This document shows positions 58,062 through 64,000 of a stretch of DNA of 64,000 nt, one piece after another (position 1 is the stretch's first letter; the number at the start of each line of letters is the position of its first letter). The DNA is from Lachnospiraceae bacterium (GTDB taxonomy: Bacteria > Bacillota > Clostridia > Lachnospirales > Lachnospiraceae). The notes beneath the pieces are model-generated. The model searched no databases and was not told the origin of the DNA. It saw only the letters and a list, made by a program, of their open reading frames with translations. Location of the stretch: positions 11,100 through 75,099 of the forward strand of contig CAAEWE010000058.1 in the NCBI GenBank assembly GCA_900759665.1, written 5' to 3'. The position numbers were made by a program, and so were the translations under genes.

Positions 58062-58447
58062 ATTCCTGCCGGCACGAAACGAATCAACACATCAAACAAG
58101 GATGTAAGCACCGGCAGACTGACTGCTAACAGCATCAGCTTCCCATAAAATTCAATCTGTCCGGCAACTGCAGCATATCCGGCGTCCCGGCAGAGATTTG
58201 CTCCCAGCTCCGCCATATAAGTGACAGCGATCATTTTAAACAATACCTTTATATATATACTGCCATTTCCCAGATACGCCTGCAGACTTTTCAGATAAGA
58301 CAACAGATCCCGTATCCTCCATACTGCCAGAGCACTGATTATCAGACAGGATGTCAGGATCAGAAGCATACTGAACTCGGCCTTGTCCTTCTTTAAAGGA
58401 ATCGCCAGAAGGACTGCCATGATCCCGATCATCACAACTTTTTCCAT
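58058..58447 (-). CDS. spoIIIAD: stage III sporulation protein AD
   Basis: 129-aa four-TM protein. Start overlaps the AE stop. Confidence 0.75.
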   Translation of the reverse strand: MEKVVMIGIMAVLLAIPLKKDKAEFSMLLILTSCLIISALAVWRIRDLLSYLKSLQAYLGNGSIYIKVLFKMIAVTYMAELGANLCRDAGYAAVAGQIEFYGKLMLLAVSLPVLTSLFDVLIRFVPAGM

Positions 58448-58508
58448 GTCTTTCCCTGCCTTTCCTAAAATCCGCCTACGCCAGGCATCGTTTTCTGCTC
58501 TTTCCGGA

Positions 58509-58703
58509 TCAAAGCGTAAATAACTCCTGGATGGAACGAAACAGTTCCAATATGTATGGGATCACCCACAAAAGCACCAGGATCAGACCCGACAAGCTTA
58601 CCAGAAACGCCTGTTCCTCTCTTCCGGCATGCTTTAATACCTGCCCCAGCACAGAAACAAGAATTCCCACCGCCGCGATCCGAAAAATCAAATTTATGCT
58701 CAT
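58509..58703 (-). CDS. spoIIIAC: stage III sporulation protein AC
   Basis: 64-aa two-TM protein, MSINLIFRIAAVGILVSVLGQVLK. Confidence 0.75.
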   Translation of the reverse strand: MSINLIFRIAAVGILVSVLGQVLKHAGREEQAFLVSLSGLILVLLWVIPYILELFRSIQELFTL

Positions 58704-58717
58704 TTATTCCCGCCTTT

Positions 58718-59251
58718 CTACAATAGTAATATCACCGTAAAGATTCCCCCTGTGATTCCGACCAGCCGACAGACCCTTGCCTGTGAGTCATACTGCATTT
58801 CCGCCTCCGCAAGCTGCCGTCCGAGTCGTTTCTGCAGAACCTGCAGCGTCTGAAGCTGCGTCTGGCGGTCCAGCGTTCCCAGATGCTTTCCTGTTTCCTT
58901 CCACAACATAAGATCCTCCTTGTCCATCCACCGGGCAGCCGGACTCTGCTCTGCCTTTCTGTCCCACAACCGGTACAATGTCTCCTCCTGATCCCCACCG
59001 GTTTCCATTCCCATTTCCCGGAAAAATGACTGGAAATAATCTGTTTTTTCTGCCAGTCTCTGAAAGATTTCCACGATATCAGCCCCGGCATACTCAATCT
59101 CTCCATACAAAAAGATCAGCACCTGCTCCAGCTCCCGCAGAATATTGATCCGCTTTTTCTTTCTTCCTGCCATCCATATGCCACAGCCGCAGCCTCCGGA
59201 AAAAACCAGGATTCCCCCGACGATCTTACATATGATCCGCAGCAGATTCAT
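58718..59251 (-). CDS. spoIIIAB: stage III sporulation protein AB
   Basis: N-terminal TM, GspF-like helical domain; operon position. Confidence 0.7.
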   Translation of the reverse strand: MNLLRIICKIVGGILVFSGGCGCGIWMAGRKKKRINILRELEQVLIFLYGEIEYAGADIVEIFQRLAEKTDYFQSFFREMGMETGGDQEETLYRLWDRKAEQSPAARWMDKEDLMLWKETGKHLGTLDRQTQLQTLQVLQKRLGRQLAEAEMQYDSQARVCRLVGITGGIFTVILLL

Positions 59252-60216
59252 GTTTCCACCTCCATCACCGAAGGATGCACCAGATACGTCCCCCGTTCAT
59301 CAAAGATCGCCTCCACCTTTCCGATGTCCTGTGCAGATAACAGCACATAACGCTGGAACACCTTTTCCCGCACTAAAGCTCCAAGAATTGGCTTTTTACG
59401 TATCTCTTCCATACTTCTGCCATGAACCGTTGCCAGTATCTTCACACCACAGTTCATCACATATTCCAGCGCCTCCACATCCTCCCGGAAGCCGATCTCG
59501 TCCACTGCGATCACCTTCGGCGACATGGAACGGACTAACATCATCATACCTTCTTTTTTGGGACAGCAGTCCAGAATATCTGTCCGGTATCCCAGGTCAT
59601 TCTGCGGTTTTCCCTGATAACAGGCACCCAGCTCCGACCGTTCATCCACAACCCCCACGTTAATCCCCCTGCGTCCGTTCCCTCCATTGGATAACTGCCG
59701 GATCAGATCCCGCAGCAGAGTTGTTTTGCCACACCTCGGCGGAGAAATGATCAGGGTATGATAAATACTTTCCCCATCCACCAGATACGGGAGAACCTTG
59801 TCTCCACAGCCGATCATCTGATGTGCCAGACGGATATTGATAAATGATATGTAACGCAAATTTTTTACCTGCTCCTTCTCCAAAATGGTCTTACCTGCCA
59901 CCCCCACACGATGTCCCCCCTGAATGGTAATAAACCCCTGCCTGAGTTCCTCTTCAAAGGCATACATGGAATAATTGCTGATACGTTCCATGGTTTCTTT
60001 CACATCCTGTCTGCTGACCATGACAGGATCTGTCATTTTCTGCCCAAGCCCTCCATTCTTTTCCACAAAAAATTCCTGCCCCCGGTACACCACCATAAGC
60101 GGTGCATCCGCCCGGAGCCTGATCTCCTGCAGATCCTTAAAATCAATCTCCAGACATTCCAGCTTTTTTCGTATCTGACCGGCAATGACCCGAAGCACTT
60201 CATTCCGCTGTCCCAT
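59248..60216 (-). CDS. spoIIIAA: stage III sporulation protein AA (secretion-ATPase-like)
   Basis: Walker A ISPPRCGKTT and Walker B GVVDERSE. Start at M34 of the track ORF with GGGGGTGAAG upstream. Confidence 0.85.
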   Translation of the reverse strand: MGQRNEVLRVIAGQIRKKLECLEIDFKDLQEIRLRADAPLMVVYRGQEFFVEKNGGLGQKMTDPVMVSRQDVKETMERISNYSMYAFEEELRQGFITIQGGHRVGVAGKTILEKEQVKNLRYISFINIRLAHQMIGCGDKVLPYLVDGESIYHTLIISPPRCGKTTLLRDLIRQLSNGGNGRRGINVGVVDERSELGACYQGKPQNDLGYRTDILDCCPKKEGMMMLVRSMSPKVIAVDEIGFREDVEALEYVMNCGVKILATVHGRSMEEIRKKPILGALVREKVFQRYVLLSAQDIGKVEAIFDERGTYLVHPSVMEVET

Positions 60217-60425
60217 CACTTCACCCCCGTTCTTTTTCAATATATGTATGGGACAGGCAGATATTCCAAAATATTCACGAAATGTTCCCAAAACTTTCAT
60301 TGCAAATCCCATCAAAATGTAATAAAATAAAACTATGTGAGGTGAAAAAAAACCTCAACAAGGAACATTGTTTCCATACAATGTTATTTACGAAAAATAA
60401 AGAGAAGAAAGGATGATAAACAACA

Positions 60426-61916
60426 ATGGAAAACATGCCAAAAATGAAAATCGGTATTGTTGCAGTAAGTAGAGACTGTTTCCCAGAGTCACTTTCTGTA
60501 ACAAGAAGAGAAAACCTTGTCAAAGCATACGCTGACAAATATGATGCAGAGGACATCTACGAGTGCCCGATCTGTATCGTAGAGAGTGAGATCCACATGG
60601 TACAGGCTCTGGAGGACATCAAGAAAGCAGGATGTAACGCACTCTGCGTATACCTTGGAAACTTCGGTCCTGAGATCGCTGAGACACTTCTCGCAAAGCA
60701 TTTCGACGGTCCTAAGATGTTCGTAGCTGCTGCCGAGGAGACTTCCGCAAATGGCGGTCTTGTTCAGGGCAGAGGCGATGCATACTGTGGTATGCTTAAT
60801 GCAAGCTACAACTTAAAGCTTCGTAATGTAAAGGCTTACATCCCTGAGTATCCGGTAGGAACTGCTGAGGAATGTGCAGATATGATCCATGATTTCCTTC
60901 CGATCGCTAAGGCTGTATATGCTTTAAGCAATCTGAAGATCATCAGCTTCGGACCACGTCCGCTGAACTTCCTTGCATGTAACGCACCGATCAAACAACT
61001 CTACAATCTGGGCGTTGAGATCGAGGAGAACTCTGAGCTTGATCTGTTCGAGGCATTCAACAAGCACGCGGACGATCCACGTATCCCTGACGTTGTAAAG
61101 GATATGGAGGCCGAGCTTGGTGCAGGCAATAAGAAGCCTGAGATCTTAAACAAGCTGGCTCAGTATGAGATCACACTTCTTGACTGGATCGAGGAGCACA
61201 GAGGATATCGTAAGTTCGTTGCACTTGCCGGAAAGTGCTGGCCTGCATTCCAGACACAGTTTGGATGCGTTCCCTGCTACGTAAACAGCCGTCTTACCAA
61301 GATGGGTATCCCTGTTTCCTGTGAGGTTGATATCTATGGTACACTCAGCGAGTTTATCGGTACTGTTGTCAGCAATGATGCCGTTACTCTTCTGGACATC
61401 AACAACACCGTACCTTCTGATATCTACAACGAGGATATCAAGGGCAAGTTCGATTATACACAGAAGGATACCTTCATGGGCTTCCACTGTGGAAATACCG
61501 CTTCTACCAAGCTTTCCTTCTGCGAGATGAAGAACCAGATGATCATGGCCCGTTCTCTTCCGGTGGAAGTTACAAACGGTACCCTCGAAGGAGATATCGT
61601 TCCAGGAGATATCACATTCTTCCGTCTGCAGAGCACTGCTGATGCAAAGCTCCGTGCTTACATTGCAAACGGTGAGGTTCTCCCTGTTAAGACACGTTCC
61701 TTTGGTTCCATCGGTATTTTTGCGATCAACGAGATGGGTCGTTTCTACCGTCACGTACTGATCGAGAAAAACTTTCCTCATCATGGTGCTGTTGCGTTCG
61801 GTCACTTCGGCAAGCAGCTCTATGAGGTATTCAAATACATCGGTGTTGATGTTGAGGAGATCGGCTACAACCAGCCAAAGGGTGTTCTGTACAAGACAGA
61901 GAATCCATTCTCATAA
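60426..61916 (+). CDS. L-fucose / L-arabinose isomerase-family protein (short FucI-like form, 496 aa)
   Basis: MKIGIVAVSRDCF... N-terminal sugar-isomerase domain and a C-terminal fucose-isomerase-like fold. Directly upstream of xylulokinase. Confidence 0.55.
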   Translation: MENMPKMKIGIVAVSRDCFPESLSVTRRENLVKAYADKYDAEDIYECPICIVESEIHMVQALEDIKKAGCNALCVYLGNFGPEIAETLLAKHFDGPKMFVAAAEETSANGGLVQGRGDAYCGMLNASYNLKLRNVKAYIPEYPVGTAEECADMIHDFLPIAKAVYALSNLKIISFGPRPLNFLACNAPIKQLYNLGVEIEENSELDLFEAFNKHADDPRIPDVVKDMEAELGAGNKKPEILNKLAQYEITLLDWIEEHRGYRKFVALAGKCWPAFQTQFGCVPCYVNSRLTKMGIPVSCEVDIYGTLSEFIGTVVSNDAVTLLDINNTVPSDIYNEDIKGKFDYTQKDTFMGFHCGNTASTKLSFCEMKNQMIMARSLPVEVTNGTLEGDIVPGDITFFRLQSTADAKLRAYIANGEVLPVKTRSFGSIGIFAINEMGRFYRHVLIEKNFPHHGAVAFGHFGKQLYEVFKYIGVDVEEIGYNQPKGVLYKTENPFS

Positions 61917-62121
61917 TCAGAACCGGTACATCATTTGATCGAAATTTCCAGAGATTTCAGGAATTGACCGGCAGATCACTGCAGAACAATTCCGAACTCT
62001 TGATAAAGCTGGAGCGGCGGCATCATGCCGTCGCTCTTTTCTATTATTATATAAGTCCGGAGAGGCTTCTCCGCTTATATTTCCAATCACTAACAACATA
62101 ACCACAGAAAGGATATTATCT

Positions 62122-63651
62122 ATGAATTATTTAATTGGTATTGATTTAGGTACTTCCTCCACCAAAACTGTTCTCTTTGATGAAAAGGGTACCGTAATTG
62201 CCTCTGCAGGCAGGGATTACCCTCTCTACACCCCCAACAACGGATGGGCAGAGCAGAAGCCGGAGGACTGGCGTGATGCTGCCCTTGAGACCATTGCAAA
62301 GGTGATTAAGGATTCCGGCGTCGCTGCGGACGACATCAAGGGCTTAGGTATCTCCGGCCAGATGCATGGTCTTGTTATGCTGGACGAGGCAGGCGAGGTG
62401 ATCCGTCCATCCATTATCTGGTGCGACCAGCGTACCGGGAAAGAATGCAGGGAGATCACCGAGAAGGTTGGAGCAAAGCGTCTGATCGAAATCACTGCAA
62501 ACCCAGCCCTGACCGGTTTTACTGCTTCTAAGATCCTCTGGGTCCGCAACCATGAGCCGGAAAATTATGCAAAGTGTAAGCACATCCTCCTCCCTAAAGA
62601 TTATGTCCGTTACGTCCTGACCGGTGAGTTTGCAACAGAGGTATCTGACGCTTCCGGTATGCAGCTTCTGGACGTGCCAAAACGTCAATGGTCTGACGAG
62701 ATTCTAGAGAAGCTTGATATTGATAAGAGCCTCCTTGCAAAGGTTTATGAGTCCCCTGAGGTAACCGGTACCATTCTTCCGGAAATCGCGAAAAAGACAG
62801 GACTTTCCACTTCTACAATTGTAGTCGGAGGTGCAGGAGACAATGCGGCTGCCGCAGTGGGAACCGGTGTTGTTGAGGATGGAAAAGCATTTACCACCAT
62901 CGGTACCAGCGGTGTTGTATTTGCTCATTCCAGTGATATCTCCATTGATCCAAAGGGACGTGTTCATACTTTCTGCTGTGCTGTACCGGGTGCATGGCAC
63001 GTTATGGGTGTTACCCAGGCTGCCGGATATTCTCTGGCATGGTTCCAGGGCAACATCGGTACCGAATATGCCCACAAAGCAGAGGAGCAGGGCTGCTCTT
63101 CCTTTGATCTGATCAATGCCGATGTATTAAAAACTCCGATTGGGGCAAACCGTCTGATCTATCTCCCATATCTGAACGGAGAGCGTACTCCGCATCTGGA
63201 TGCCAACTGCCGTGGTGTCTTCTTCGGTCTTTCCAGCATGCATACCACTGCAGATATGGCTCGTGCCGTTATGGAAGGGATCAGTTACTCTCTGACAGAC
63301 TGCAACGATATCATCCGCGAGATGGGTATCAATGTCACCGAAATGATGGCATGCGGCGGTGGTGCCAAGAATGCTGTTCAGCGTCAGATGATGGCAGATA
63401 TGTTCGGCTGTGATGTAAAGACCGTAACCGCTACGGAAGGACCTGCTCTCGGTGTTGCAATCCTTGCCGGTGTCGGTGCCGGTATCTACGACAGCGTAGA
63501 GGATGCATGCCGCAAGATGATCCATACCGATCCTGAGAAGGAATGTCATCCGGATGCTGCCGCTACTAAGGAGTACGACAAATTCCATCAGCTTTACAAG
63601 AAGCTTTATGATGATCTGAAGGATGATTATCAGATACTTGCAAATCTGTAA
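62122..63651 (+). CDS. xylB: xylulokinase
   Basis: FGGY N-terminus MNYLIGIDLGTSSTKTVLFDE, GISGQMHG and the C-terminal FGGY_C domain. Confidence 0.85.
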   Translation: MNYLIGIDLGTSSTKTVLFDEKGTVIASAGRDYPLYTPNNGWAEQKPEDWRDAALETIAKVIKDSGVAADDIKGLGISGQMHGLVMLDEAGEVIRPSIIWCDQRTGKECREITEKVGAKRLIEITANPALTGFTASKILWVRNHEPENYAKCKHILLPKDYVRYVLTGEFATEVSDASGMQLLDVPKRQWSDEILEKLDIDKSLLAKVYESPEVTGTILPEIAKKTGLSTSTIVVGGAGDNAAAAVGTGVVEDGKAFTTIGTSGVVFAHSSDISIDPKGRVHTFCCAVPGAWHVMGVTQAAGYSLAWFQGNIGTEYAHKAEEQGCSSFDLINADVLKTPIGANRLIYLPYLNGERTPHLDANCRGVFFGLSSMHTTADMARAVMEGISYSLTDCNDIIREMGINVTEMMACGGGAKNAVQRQMMADMFGCDVKTVTATEGPALGVAILAGVGAGIYDSVEDACRKMIHTDPEKECHPDAAATKEYDKFHQLYKKLYDDLKDDYQILANL

Positions 63652-63691
63652 ACCATATGACAATCTGTTAAAAATACCAAAGAAAACTTTT

Positions 63692-63727
63692 CAGTGCAGC
63701 AGTATAACTGTTGCACTGTTTTTTATT
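63692..63727. terminator. rho-independent terminator 3' of xylB
   Basis: CAGTGCAGCAG-tataa-CTGTTGCACTG followed by TTTTTTATTGTTTT. Confidence 0.5.
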
Positions 63728-63820
63728 GTTTTGTATATTTTTTGACACAGCCCTTTAAAGTGTTTATACTATTAAAATAGATTTTTATTTTGTGGTTAGA
63801 ATTTTTAAAAGGAATGATCT

Positions 63821-64000
63821 TATGAAGGAAATGGAAAAAATATCAGAGGATGAATACCTCACCTGTGAACGTCGTCACGTCTTTTTTGTGTTAATGGGAG
63901 TCGCCGGATTTTTCGGTGCATTTACCTACTCGATCCGCGGAGGCATTTTCTGTAACGCACAAACCGCCAACTTTGTTTTATTTGCCATGGCTCTGGGCAA
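63821..64000 (+). CDS. YoaK/DUF1275-family membrane protein, 5' part only (runs off the window end)
   Basis: MKEMEKISEDEYLTCERRHVFFVLMGVAGFFGAFTYSIRGGIFCNAQTANFVLFAMALG matches the DUF1275 N-terminal pattern. Preceded by an AGGAA RBS. Confidence 0.5.

Noticed and set aside
59145-59663. 172-aa Pro-rich plus-strand ORF
   Set aside because: Antisense to spoIIIAA/AB; composition artefact.
61146-61805. 219-aa minus-strand ORF
   Set aside because: Antisense to the FucI-like isomerase gene.

Overview
This 64-kb window appears to come from a spore-forming Clostridia (Lachnospiraceae-like) chromosome. Almost all genes are on the minus strand. The right half (38.8-64 kb) and glgA/spo0A on the left form the conserved Firmicutes supercluster spoIIIAA-AH / asp23 / nusB / xseA / xseB / ispA / dxs / tlyA / nadK / recN / spoIVB ... 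spo0A. In this window spoIVB and spo0A are about 31 kb apart. The intervening DNA holds a phosphate regulon: an OmpR-family regulator and a histidine kinase, a Na/Pi cotransporter, phoU, pstB, pstA, then pstC and pstS. That pst operon is itself split between pstC and pstA by about 20 kb of accessory DNA, and an ~85-bp promoter-like sequence with Pho-box-like repeats is duplicated upstream of both pstS and pstA. The accessory DNA has three parts. (i) A higB toxin, an antitoxin in which HigA is fused to an M78 peptidase domain, a radical-SAM/SPASM enzyme with an upstream tandem-repeat protein, and a CHAP cell-wall hydrolase. (ii) An AT-rich ~11-kb block carrying a lone Sel1-repeat gene and one tightly packed 11-gene minus-strand operon. 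That operon encodes a membrane protein, an SPFH/YdjI-like protein with a SHOCT domain, a zinc-ribbon-TIR protein with two C-terminal TM helices, an 890-aa HerA/FtsK-like ATPase, a very acidic protein, a mini DRGH-type nuclease, a PqqD-like RRE, a second rSAM/SPASM enzyme, an unannotated 41-aa peptide and a 145-aa unknown protein. I could not identify this gene combination as a known defence system (TIR plus SPFH scaffold, a HerA-nuclease arm, and a RiPP-maturase-like triplet), and it is the best candidate for an undescribed system. (iii) A GC-normal segment with gltS, an orphan TAXI solute-binding protein and a duplicated CmpB-like membrane protein. The left edge (0.5-2.9 kb) is a decayed zone: a 355-bp degenerate palindrome, a UPF0175/DUF3368 toxin-antitoxin pair whose toxin carries an in-frame TAA, and an AAA-ATPase/PDDEXK_9 pseudogene. 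No rRNA, tRNA, CRISPR array, integrase or transposase was seen. Coordinates are taken from the ORF track; starts I re-picked, small features and sequence-derived positions should be treated as accurate to about 3 nt.
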